Source of the DNA: Clostridiales bacterium
GTDB lineage: Bacteria > Bacillota > Peptococcia > DRI-13 > UBA5745
Assembly (NCBI GenBank): GCA_009782505.1
Contig: WRIW01000005.1
Coordinates: 7,044-71,043, forward strand
Reading direction: 5' to 3'
Length of the DNA: 64,000 nt
In this document: piece after piece, positions 26,201 through 34,424 of the stretch
How the letters are laid out: every line of letters starts with the position of its first letter
Position numbering within the stretch: position 1 is the stretch's first letter
The notes under the pieces: model-generated
Seen by the model: only the letters and a program-made list of their open reading frames with translations
Database searches by the model: none
Told to the model about the DNA's origin: nothing
Made by a program: the position numbers and the translations under genes

Positions 26201-29200
26201 GCGTACCCGTCGGGCTTAGCGTAAGGGATGGGATAGAATGGACGAGTTCAATCGGCAACGGCATTGAGCCGCTAAACGGGCAAACCATAACCGATACGCT
26301 CATTGTGATTGGCGATGGGACAATGAAATTCCCGGTGCAAGAAGACATACAAATCCGCTTCTATGGGAAACCAACAGACATAGCCGACGGCAATGTCGCG
26401 GTATTCCATCCGGTGGATGATTTGCTGTGTACTTTTGATGTAGATGGTGGCGATTACGATGAACTGGAATTCGAGTTTATCGGGGATGACGAATTTCAAT
26501 TTACCGTTCCCAAAAGCATAAGTGACGGTGGGTCGTATGATATTTACGGCATCGTGATTACCTATACTACGCCTGTTGAGGGGCCAAAGTTTGGGAATAC
26601 TAGCGCGGCGACTTACTCGAATAGAATAGGGATCGACTTAGATATAGAATACGATACCTCAACTGAGGAAAGCGGGTCTCACACCGTCAGTGTTCCGACG
26701 CTAAAAACTTCATTTGGCTCGAAAACCGGTGTAAAAGACGGCGTTGTCGATAACAAAATCAAGTGGACCAGCATCATTGGCAACGGCTCGTTGCCATTAA
26801 ATGGGCAAACGATAACAGATACGATTTCCGGCGGTGGAAAAGCAACTCTCCTTAATGACAGCGATTTTAAAATCAAACTTTATGGAAGCCCGTCGAGCAT
26901 CGATAGCAGCAACGTAGTGGACTTCTGCGAGGATGACTTGATTGGTGAATTTACCCCCACGCATTTTGGAGCGGACTTTGCAATAAAAGATAATGGCTTT
27001 ACATTTGATGTACCAACGACCAATCCAATAACATCGGATGTTTTTGAAAACATCTATCAAATCCAAATCGAATACTCAACAACGGTGGATAAACCAGTGC
27101 TTGGGGACAGCAACTTCGATTATGTGAATAAGGTCGAAGTCGGAGGAAAAACCATCACTTCTAATACCGTTCACTATGCCGCGCCTCAGCCTATGCCGCC
27201 ATCAATCATCAAGTCGTCGAAAATGATAAAAATCAGCTCCGGAGATTATGCTGGCCAGGTTGGTATGGAGTATACGGTAGAGATAACTGTACCGGAAGGG
27301 AACAAAGGCAAAAGGTTCTATCTGCAGGACGTCCTGAACGTGAACGGCGGCTCAAACATCGGCGTCAAGAATATTCCACTGAACTTCAGCGCTGAGATTA
27401 GCCCGGCGCCGTCCGGCAGCGAACCGGCATTCGACGCCAGTTCGTACAATCTGGTGACCAGCGCCGCCAGTAATACGTATTATGTATATTTCCCTAAAAC
27501 CGCTACATCGTCAACGACAACGGCGTGGCAGTACAGCACCGTAAAGACTCTTACTATCTCCTATGTTATCCCGTTTGATCGCACAGAAACCACAGGAACC
27601 AGGACGATCGAGGAACTGTTGAAAGCTTCCAGCGCGAATCGGCTTACGAATACGGCGACGGTGCAGGGAGCTTCCGGTGTAAACTATACGACAAATAACG
27701 CCTGGCCCGTGCATAAGAGCGTAAGGGCAGTGGCAGGCGACCCGACGCTATTTGAGTACACGGTGACGATAAACGGAAACTCGGCTTACCGACAAAGCTT
27801 ATTCGAAGCCGATGAAAGCGCTGTATTCATCGATGATTATGACCCGGCACTGATGTATGTGCCCAAGTCGTTTTATGCCATTAATTATGTCGGCGCTACC
27901 AGCATAACATACGGACCTTATGATGGAACGGGGATCATTGGCGGCGGGAGCGTAACTGAAATGCGAAGCGGGGATCCTCCAGCGTTGGCAGTAAATGAGA
28001 GCAGCGGCTCGCTCACTGTGCATCTGGAAGAACTGAACCAACTGAAATGGTCCAGCAATCTCGCGGCGTCAAGCGTGCAAGGGATTCCTGACAATGAAAC
28101 ATGGTACGCGGACAGCAATATGATCGAGATACACTACCAGCTGCGGATCAAAGACCCCAGCGCTATAGAGGAAAGGTTTACTGTATTAAAAAATAGCGCT
28201 TCGATCACTTCGAATGTGCAGAGCCTGATATTCTCAAACAACGCGTCTGTGACCTATGAGATGAAGCCGCTTGGCAAATCATGGAAGAATAATACCGGTT
28301 CAAGCGTGATCGGCGCGGAAATCATCATTAACCCGCAGGGCGCCAGGCTCGCGCCGGTAGGCGACGGCCGGTACACGGCAATCGACACCATGAGCGACAA
28401 TCTGGTGATCTTCCTGGGAAGCGTAAAGTTTTATACACAGGCGAAAGTCGGCGGCACATGGAACGGCGTGTGGGGAACTCCCTTTGACGCCGCTACTATC
28501 CCGGGCGCACTATGGAGCGTGGCTATCGATCCCATCGACTCAAACGTAACCTATTTTGTCCTGCCGGACGAGCAACCGATAAAAATCACATACGACGCGT
28601 TTGTAACGGAGCAGCCGGGTGTTACGTCCACATTGATGAACAGCATTGAAGTATGCGGCTATTATCAGAAAGCGGACGATCTCAGCTACAAAGTCATTAA
28701 CGCCAGCGCGGGCGCGGGCGCCCACCGAGTCGACCTGACCTTGCAGAAAACAGATATCGATACGGGCGTAGGTTTGCCCGGCGCTGAGTTTGAGCTCTAC
28801 ATCGGCTTCCCGCCGGATTACGACAAGTTTGACAACACCGCCGGATCGGTGCTTAAAGTAGAAGATTCAAGTGGAGTGGAATATGCTTTCTACCGAGTCG
28901 AAGACCTGGCGAATCCCATTGTTACAGGAGCGAACGGGAAGGCGACGATCAGTTCGGGGTGGCTGGTGGGGTCGCACAATTTCGTCTACCTCTTAGTCGA
29001 AAAGATAGCGCCTTCGGGGGATTACCTACTTCCCAGAGGCTCTGACGCATACACATTCTTTACCCTTGCCGGCAATAAAATGACCTCCGCGCAGCTCACC
29101 GCCCTCAATGCCGCGTTTGGAACGGTGTACCGCAATGTAACCGATACTGTGCCTGTAGCGAACAGCGTGGCGACTTGCGCCGCAGCCATCGACGGGACGA

Positions 29201-30462
29201 AAGCCCTCGAAGGTATTGAAGAGACAAACAAGCCCTTCACGTTCAATGCGGTACAGGTGACAGGGATGGAAAGCGATACGCCGGTCGCCGGGGGCTTAAG
29301 TGGCTCAAGCATCATAACGGGCGCGGGCGGATTCAGTATCGAAATCGACGGACTACTTAAATCCGGGAGCCCGTACTACTTCAAGGTCAGCGAGGATCAG
29401 ACCGGCAACGGTTTGAGGGGCTGGATCTATGACGAACACGCGTTCTGGGTGACGGTCACCGTAGCGGAGCAGGCGGACGGTACGCTGGGCGCTACGGTTT
29501 CGAGCCCAAGCGGAAGCACGACGTTTACCAACCAGTACGAGAAAGAAGACTTCGGGCCGGGCAACGCGCATATCCGGTTTGTGAAAATCATCAAGGGGCG
29601 GGTATCCACCGAAGAGATATTCACCTTTGACTTAGTCGAAGTGGCGGATCCCGAAGGCGGCGCGAAGAGCAATCCATTTACCAAGCGGGTCACGACGACG
29701 GGAAGCTTGACCCAGGATGTGGGGCAACTCCTCGAAGTCGAAATCAACGATTTGGCGCCCGGGAAGTATTACTTCAAAATCACGGAAAACAGCGACAGTA
29801 AGAAATCCGGATGGACCTATTCGACGCTCACTTATATCGTGGAAGTCATCGTGTATGACGACCTGGTCGTCGATATCAATTATCCGGACGTATACTCCAG
29901 CGGTTATCCGCCCGAGTTCACCAACACCTACAAAGCGCCGAGCGACCCGCCGGACGACCCGCCTGGCGGCGGCGACCCGCCTCCGGGGGTGACGCCTCCC
30001 GGCGGTACCGATCCCCCTCCCGGCGGAAATGAGGGCGACGACGACGCGGACGGCGACGGAGACGCCGATGGTGATGCCGATGGCGATGGCGACGGAGACG
30101 GAGACGGCGGCCGCGGCGGCGGCGATGAAGAAGAACCCTATGTAGAAGGCGGGCACTTCCACGATGTACCGCCCCTGGCCCACAGGCAGGGCGACAACAT
30201 CGTATGGGTGGACGACGAGCACTACATCGAGTTTGACGAGGACGGCGTACCCCTGGGCGAATGGCACTGGGACGACGAGTTGGAGGAATGGATATTTGAC
30301 GAGTTCCCGCCTCTGGGGGCGCTTCCCAGAACAGGCGCCGTAGCGATACCGGCGGCGCTATCCCTGATGTTGGGCGGTTCCTCGCTGGGCGCGATGACGG
30401 CGCTGAGGAAAAACGCGAAGAAGCGCGGGGCACACAACAAGATCAAGGGAGCATCACACTGA
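23257..30462 (+). CDS. giant LPXTG-anchored surface protein 1 (about 2400 aa)
   Basis: GGAGGGG RBS, ATG 23257 and signal peptide MFKPVSKANRWMSAALALVFLFSIAVPAFVAWG. The body has five divergent repeats of roughly 165-175 aa. A SpaA/CnaB-like domain follows (LQKTDIDTGVGLPGAEFELY...YLLVEKIAPSGDY). Two Spy0128/FctA-like pilin-isopeptide domains are present (FTFNAVQV...YYFKVSEDQ; FTFDLVEV...YYFKITENSD). The C-terminus has a P/G and D-G acidic tract, then LPRTG (30322-30336), a TM helix and a basic tail. Confidence 0.9.
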   Translation: MFKPVSKANRWMSAALALVFLFSIAVPAFVAWGVDESAGVVAEGGDAAPGGTEEPGEGDGSGEAGDEALEPDEGEAESGPGKAGDGSGAGAGLPMFAGINALAAALGEDNGLFEPLGGGMGIMALDGEIGLFAAGDANSDLANFITSVVVRDSSGTLMNDASYYYIGDTYEFTIDFTEHAGTDGQFEYDFDDFLTYQLPEYLKITSPVEGDIHVASSAAGAAPGATVKVGQYTIDTSGLVKVRFNDIDTAGYDIEENFIDHYTNAWFSLAIEADLISAPSGGRVVFGADAIVNIKVYVAPPDAAVVSVSKTGTPITGDKINYEVTITASGNTVKNIVFNDYPWIKKSSSGSNLTITNPDNANTAYTNFSYIIYDASGSPRTGSVEMSGGVWAPATGTGTTTGTTNFRTHYIYDFSAVELEPDEKIVVTYTLDVQKLMANNGLYTSDNAESLNYYLDVGNDVKVESNAVIASTFDPAGHHYSKSFAFTKVGSEGAAENTIDWIVTVGKSGPTEEPLNGGEIRDSLNVASTALTGSSNMPADSAIEITLVESGSISNIFTADKIPGFSFTGNEFRFTIPANLTSLVDKGGTSRTIGNVYQVIVKYASTYSTPASGTSPVIFGNTAYYHELSVSDTVSVTPPARKEETTVTKSGGWTQSEYDNKITWQCDIGGGIEELTSSVISDKLAATVGEDDISGFMGMPDKSKIKVVVYGAPTYHDTVNNVMKFQTSDIIFNDYANHASINSSFLIDGDNKGFSFKIPNLGKDIYRVYIEYTTDILLPIPDDAGDFVYKNEVDLDGGKSDYDEFVIQRPAAGEKSYKTGDWNGEDIEWEIKIGDGTVPLNLITITDTLSSDLASIIELPNANKINIDIYGRPSGVLGGKADFKDRDLIGEYTADVFTSDFTINGDKSEFVFTVPENNPNGGTFGAIYQIIITYATPLSILPDINEDFDYVNELALSNEIVIDPVYVTIPGPIPGKFIHKWGVPVGLSVRDGIEWTSSIGNGIEPLNGQTITDTLIVIGDGTMKFPVQEDIQIRFYGKPTDIADGNVAVFHPVDDLLCTFDVDGGDYDELEFEFIGDDEFQFTVPKSISDGGSYDIYGIVITYTTPVEGPKFGNTSAATYSNRIGIDLDIEYDTSTEESGSHTVSVPTLKTSFGSKTGVKDGVVDNKIKWTSIIGNGSLPLNGQTITDTISGGGKATLLNDSDFKIKLYGSPSSIDSSNVVDFCEDDLIGEFTPTHFGADFAIKDNGFTFDVPTTNPITSDVFENIYQIQIEYSTTVDKPVLGDSNFDYVNKVEVGGKTITSNTVHYAAPQPMPPSIIKSSKMIKISSGDYAGQVGMEYTVEITVPEGNKGKRFYLQDVLNVNGGSNIGVKNIPLNFSAEISPAPSGSEPAFDASSYNLVTSAASNTYYVYFPKTATSSTTTAWQYSTVKTLTISYVIPFDRTETTGTRTIEELLKASSANRLTNTATVQGASGVNYTTNNAWPVHKSVRAVAGDPTLFEYTVTINGNSAYRQSLFEADESAVFIDDYDPALMYVPKSFYAINYVGATSITYGPYDGTGIIGGGSVTEMRSGDPPALAVNESSGSLTVHLEELNQLKWSSNLAASSVQGIPDNETWYADSNMIEIHYQLRIKDPSAIEERFTVLKNSASITSNVQSLIFSNNASVTYEMKPLGKSWKNNTGSSVIGAEIIINPQGARLAPVGDGRYTAIDTMSDNLVIFLGSVKFYTQAKVGGTWNGVWGTPFDAATIPGALWSVAIDPIDSNVTYFVLPDEQPIKITYDAFVTEQPGVTSTLMNSIEVCGYYQKADDLSYKVINASAGAGAHRVDLTLQKTDIDTGVGLPGAEFELYIGFPPDYDKFDNTAGSVLKVEDSSGVEYAFYRVEDLANPIVTGANGKATISSGWLVGSHNFVYLLVEKIAPSGDYLLPRGSDAYTFFTLAGNKMTSAQLTALNAAFGTVYRNVTDTVPVANSVATCAAAIDGTKALEGIEETNKPFTFNAVQVTGMESDTPVAGGLSGSSIITGAGGFSIEIDGLLKSGSPYYFKVSEDQTGNGLRGWIYDEHAFWVTVTVAEQADGTLGATVSSPSGSTTFTNQYEKEDFGPGNAHIRFVKIIKGRVSTEEIFTFDLVEVADPEGGAKSNPFTKRVTTTGSLTQDVGQLLEVEINDLAPGKYYFKITENSDSKKSGWTYSTLTYIVEVIVYDDLVVDINYPDVYSSGYPPEFTNTYKAPSDPPDDPPGGGDPPPGVTPPGGTDPPPGGNEGDDDADGDGDADGDADGDGDGDGDGGRGGGDEEEPYVEGGHFHDVPPLAHRQGDNIVWVDDEHYIEFDEDGVPLGEWHWDDELEEWIFDEFPPLGALPRTGAVAIPAALSLMLGGSSLGAMTALRKNAKKRGAHNKIKGASH
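24650..27180 (+). repeat. five divergent tandem protein repeats of about 165-175 aa inside adhesin 1
   Basis: A recurring W-x-x-x-IG-x-G-x-x-PLNG-x-x-ITDTL block occurs at about 24751, 25239, 25736, 26233 and 26758. Each unit ends in an IYQ[VI].I.Y.T-like strand. The region is visibly AT-rich. Confidence 0.75.
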
Positions 30463-30488
30463 TCACTGACGTAGCGGTTGCAGAGGTT

Positions 30489-30514
30489 GCGTGGCGGGAA
30501 TATTCCCGCCGCGT
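30489..30514 (+). terminator. stem-loop after adhesin 1
   Basis: An 18-nt perfect palindrome GGCGGGAATATTCCCGCC (30493-30510) with extra flanking pairs. The downstream T-tract is weak (GTTTCC). Confidence 0.5.
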
Positions 30515-30559
30515 TTCCTCATGTCAACGAGTGCTTTGGCTGAACCATGGCGCTGGGAC

Positions 30560-30597
30560 GCTGGCGGCATACAAATAAGATGCTGGCGGCATACAAA
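30560..30597 (+). promoter_or_regulatory. two 16-bp direct repeats GCTGGCGGCATACAAA upstream of adhesin 2
   Basis: Identical copies at 30560-30575 and 30582-30597, a 22-bp period. The second copy ends 2 nt before the GGAGGG RBS of the 30612 ORF. Confidence 0.7.
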
Positions 30598-30611
30598 ATG
30601 GAGGGCTTGAT

Positions 30612-33600
30612 ATGAAGGAAAAGATTTCACAAATGACGAATGGTATCTTAGGGAGGGCGAAACGCCGCGGCCTTGTTGCCAGAAGAATTCTGGGCGTTAT
30701 GCTTACCATTGCTCTGCTGATGAGCCTGGCGCCTGCGGGGCTCTACCAGTCGACGGCATACGCAGCGAAGCCGGCGACCGCCCCCGCCGACGCGGTGATG
30801 GTCAGCCTGGAGGGCGGGGGAATCATCTATGTCAAAGTCGCCGAAGCGCTGACTAAAGTCAACGCGGGGGAGAGCTTCTTCTTCAATCTGGAGTACTGGG
30901 TCGATACTGCCGAGCCTATATGGGAAGACGCGAAGCTGACCTTGAGCGTGCCAGCTGGCTTTTTCCCGGGGGCGTTCAGCAGCGTATATGCCGACAGCAA
31001 CTATCATATCAAGAGCCATTCGGCAACCGGAACGGGCTCAACATACCCCAAGACCCTGACGATCACCTTCGGCACGACGAGGTCAGACTTCTCCATAACC
31101 GACGCTACATACGGCTCTCTGAACTTCCAATACGGGACGGCTTCCGTCACAGATGAAGAGACGCTAAACCCGAATATAACGGCGGGAACAAATAGCGCGG
31201 TTGTATACAGCAAGGGGCTGACCGTATTGCCCAGTCCCGGCGTGGGCGAGGGCGGGTACTACATAGACGTCAGCAAAGAAGTGTCCTTCCTGGGAAAGAC
31301 AAACGGGGATAAGTATGACGCCTCGGTCGTCGATGCTCGCGCGTATACCGATAAATGGGACGGCATGATGCAGTATGCATTCAATAAGAGCGAGATGGAA
31401 ATGGTCGCGTACAGCATAGTCGTGAATTCCGGAGAGGGCGATGAGTATAAAACAGGCGTAAAAACCTTCGATGAACTGGAGATCATCGAGAAGATACCCG
31501 CCGGGCTTGAACTATACACCCCTGAGGAAATCGTGGGGCTGAGAGAGCAGCTCAATAAAACAACAACCCCGGCGGCAGGAGGGACGGTCGTACCCGGGTG
31601 GTACTCCTACTGCTTGCGAAGCGATTACAGCATGCAAATCGAAGTCGTCCACAACGACGCGGACGGCGAGATCGAGGACTACTATGCCCTGAGTGCTGAG
31701 ATACCGGGCAACGATTACGCCGCGAACGGCTTAAGCATTGTTTATGATCCTGTGGAGCGGGAATTAAAGATAAAAGTTAAGCCGGATCCTGACGGGGAGA
31801 AGTTGTTGAGTTACGGATACGACGAGGTTAATGAGGAAGATACAGAGCATTATATGCAAAAGAACGACGGGATTGTCGTAATCCTCTTTCTGAAAAAAAC
31901 CTCGACCGCGGATTTAGCGGCATACGAAAATCATGTGTCGGCCGAATTTACAAAAGGCAGCGAGGTTGAGAAAGCGGCATTTGACAATACTCTGTACTAC
32001 CTTGGCGGCGCGTCGTCCCAGTTTGTGCAAAAGAAAACCGGCTTGGATCTTGGCAATATCGCCATCTACAACACGGCTAACCCGTTGCTCATCGACCCGG
32101 AAAAAATCGACGTGGATAAAAATGAGGTTGATATCTACTACACCATCGAGTACCTGGTGACGGGGGAAAACGCCCCCGCTTATAGTATCGACCTTTTGGA
32201 CGAATTACCCCCGCAGTTTAAATCCGCGACATGGGTGGATGATAGCGCCTATACATCGAGCCAGATCGATACAACGGAGACGATCACAGGCTCAGCCGGG
32301 AGCGTGGAGGTGGCGGTACGGAACAACTCCCCGGTGAATCTCGGCGAAGGGGGGACGCCGACCCTTGTGAAAGCGACGTTTTGCGCCGTACTTGACATGA
32401 GTAAGGTCCAGCCTGGGGATATCATCCAAAACGTAGTGACCAAAGGCGGCGCGCCGGTATCGCCTCCCGCAGTCATTAAGCCCCCGGCAGAAATTACCAT
32501 TAGGAAGACTGTTGGTGGGTCAGAGCCCGACCTGGATGATAGCTTTGATTTTATCTTGATGAAAAACGAAGGCGGGTATTATCTACCACTTACGATGAAC
32601 GGCTCCGATTGCGCGTACTTGTTAAGCAGCTACAACAGCTTTCAATACGAGCACATCAGGCTTGCGCCCGGGTTATACAAAATCGTTGAGGAGGCGTGGG
32701 ACGGTGACAAATATACAGCGGCAGCGGATTCGACTTTCGAGGTCAACGACGCTTGTGAGATCGTCAATGTCAACACCGGCGCGGGGACTTCCTTCAGCTA
32801 CGAGAAGCTGCCTCCGCCGCCAGGTGCAGACAACCTGAGCGCCGGAGTCTTTATCATCGACAACGCGAGGGTGAGTCTGCCCGGGCTCGCGAGTGTCGCG
32901 CTCAACGGCGTAAAGAAGGTAGTAGGCGAGGATATCCCGGTGGGGGAATCCTTCCGATTCGAGCTCAGTGAGGTTACCAGCCTCGGCGGCGCGGTCGAAT
33001 CTACAGTGATACCGTCGCCCGGATACCTGAGGGATACGGTAACGACCAATTCTTCCAGTGAGAAAAGTTACTCGTTTTCCTTTTTCGTCAGTGATTTGGC
33101 CGACGATACGTACTACTTCATGGTCGAAGAGGTAGGCGAGGCGCCTGAGGGCTGGACGTTTGCCACAGAGCCGCAAATCGTGGAAGTCGTCGTCGCCGAC
33201 GGAGTTGCCGCGGTGTACTATCCCGACGGATCGCCGGGGGGGCTGAGCTTCACGAACGAGTACGAGGCGGAGCCAGGCGAGGAACCTGATCCCGGAGAAG
33301 AGCCAGAGCCGGAGCCGGGAGAGGAACCAGACCCTGAGCCGGTGGTGGAGCCGGAGCCGGGAGAAGCAGAAGTCAGATTCAGAAAGACGATAAGCGGCAG
33401 GATCGATACCAATGAGATTTTCCGCTTTACCGTTGTACAAGTGACGGACGGGACAGGCAATATGGTTTATGCAGGGGAAGACAGGATAAGCGTGCCGCCC
33501 GTCGCCACCACAGGGACGATCACGGCAGCCGCCGGGCAGATGATGAGCGTCGCCGTCGGCGGGCTTGAGCCGGGGCGGACTTACTACTTCCGCATCACTG

Positions 33601-34316
33601 AGGATAGCGACAGCCTGGCGGCGGGATGGACGCGGATAACCACCGCGTATGTGGTCAGGGTGGATGTGGATGAAGACGGCGAGGTCACGGTGACGTATCC
33701 CGCCGGATACACGGAAAGCAGCCCGCCCGTGTTTGCCAATCAGTTTACCAGCGGAAGCGGCGGCGGCGGCGGTGGCGGTGGCGGCGGTGATGAACCACCG
33801 GGCGGTGGCGAACCTCCCGGCGGCGGCAATCCCCCCGGCGGCGGCAATCCTCCCGGCGGTGGCAATCCCCCGGGCGGCGGCGGGCCGACCGGCGGCAATG
33901 AAGGGGACGGCGACTCCGACGGGGACGGCGATGGCGACGGCGACGGCGACGCCGGCAATGGCAGTCGCAGTGGCGGCGGAGAAGAAGAGCCGTACATCGA
34001 GGGCGGACACGAGCATTACGTAGCGCCCCATGCCCACACCATGGGCGACGCCATCGTATGGGTGGACGACGAGCACTACATCGAGTTTGACGAAGACGGC
34101 GTACCCTTAGGCGAATGGCGCTGGGACGACGAGATGGAGGAATGGATCTTCGACGAGTTCCCGCCCCTGGGGGCGCTTCCGAAGACAGGCGCCATGGCGA
34201 TACCGGCGGCGCTATCCCTGCTGCTGGGCGGCTCCTCGCTGGGGGCGGCGACGGCGCTGAGGAAGAACGGGAAGAAGCGCGGAGCGCACCGCAGAGCCAA
34301 GGGGGCGTCGCACTGA
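30612..34316 (+). CDS. LPXTG-anchored surface protein 2 (1234 aa)
   Basis: Signal/TM region ILGVMLTIALLMSLAPAGLYQSTAYA. Two FctA-like domains (FRFELSEV...YYFMVEEV; FRFTVVQV...YYFRITEDSD) are separated by a PE-rich linker. Poly-G/PPGGGN and D-G tracts follow. LPKTG is at 34176-34190, followed by a TM helix and basic tail. Confidence 0.9.
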   Translation: MKEKISQMTNGILGRAKRRGLVARRILGVMLTIALLMSLAPAGLYQSTAYAAKPATAPADAVMVSLEGGGIIYVKVAEALTKVNAGESFFFNLEYWVDTAEPIWEDAKLTLSVPAGFFPGAFSSVYADSNYHIKSHSATGTGSTYPKTLTITFGTTRSDFSITDATYGSLNFQYGTASVTDEETLNPNITAGTNSAVVYSKGLTVLPSPGVGEGGYYIDVSKEVSFLGKTNGDKYDASVVDARAYTDKWDGMMQYAFNKSEMEMVAYSIVVNSGEGDEYKTGVKTFDELEIIEKIPAGLELYTPEEIVGLREQLNKTTTPAAGGTVVPGWYSYCLRSDYSMQIEVVHNDADGEIEDYYALSAEIPGNDYAANGLSIVYDPVERELKIKVKPDPDGEKLLSYGYDEVNEEDTEHYMQKNDGIVVILFLKKTSTADLAAYENHVSAEFTKGSEVEKAAFDNTLYYLGGASSQFVQKKTGLDLGNIAIYNTANPLLIDPEKIDVDKNEVDIYYTIEYLVTGENAPAYSIDLLDELPPQFKSATWVDDSAYTSSQIDTTETITGSAGSVEVAVRNNSPVNLGEGGTPTLVKATFCAVLDMSKVQPGDIIQNVVTKGGAPVSPPAVIKPPAEITIRKTVGGSEPDLDDSFDFILMKNEGGYYLPLTMNGSDCAYLLSSYNSFQYEHIRLAPGLYKIVEEAWDGDKYTAAADSTFEVNDACEIVNVNTGAGTSFSYEKLPPPPGADNLSAGVFIIDNARVSLPGLASVALNGVKKVVGEDIPVGESFRFELSEVTSLGGAVESTVIPSPGYLRDTVTTNSSSEKSYSFSFFVSDLADDTYYFMVEEVGEAPEGWTFATEPQIVEVVVADGVAAVYYPDGSPGGLSFTNEYEAEPGEEPDPGEEPEPEPGEEPDPEPVVEPEPGEAEVRFRKTISGRIDTNEIFRFTVVQVTDGTGNMVYAGEDRISVPPVATTGTITAAAGQMMSVAVGGLEPGRTYYFRITEDSDSLAAGWTRITTAYVVRVDVDEDGEVTVTYPAGYTESSPPVFANQFTSGSGGGGGGGGGGDEPPGGGEPPGGGNPPGGGNPPGGGNPPGGGGPTGGNEGDGDSDGDGDGDGDGDAGNGSRSGGGEEEPYIEGGHEHYVAPHAHTMGDAIVWVDDEHYIEFDEDGVPLGEWRWDDEMEEWIFDEFPPLGALPKTGAMAIPAALSLLLGGSSLGAATALRKNGKKRGAHRRAKGASH

Positions 34317-34335
34317 GATAAGCAAAGCAAGCGAA

Positions 34336-34365
34336 AAGCGCGGCGGGAGAGATCCCGCCGCGCTT
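34336..34365. terminator. bidirectional stem-loop between convergent adhesin 2 and the CoA-transferase gene
   Basis: AAGCGCGGCGGGA GAGA TCCCGCCGCGCTT, a 13-bp stem. The stem core GCGGCGGGA/TCCCGCCGC is the same as in the adhesin 1 terminator. Confidence 0.65.
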
Positions 34366-34424
34366 CTGAGAAGCAACGCGCACTTGATTTTCAAGTACGC
34401 GGAGAGCGGAGGGGTTCGGATTGC

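Noticed and set aside
29990-30125. Short periodic GAC-GGC/GAT-GCC nucleotide repeats, also seen at 33895-33960 and 49900-50020. They could be mistaken for a tandem-repeat locus or a CRISPR-like array.
   Set aside because: They are in frame inside the adhesin ORFs and encode (D-G/D-A/D-S)n acidic tracts. The period is 6 nt and there are no spacers. No CRISPR repeat-spacer structure exists anywhere in the window.
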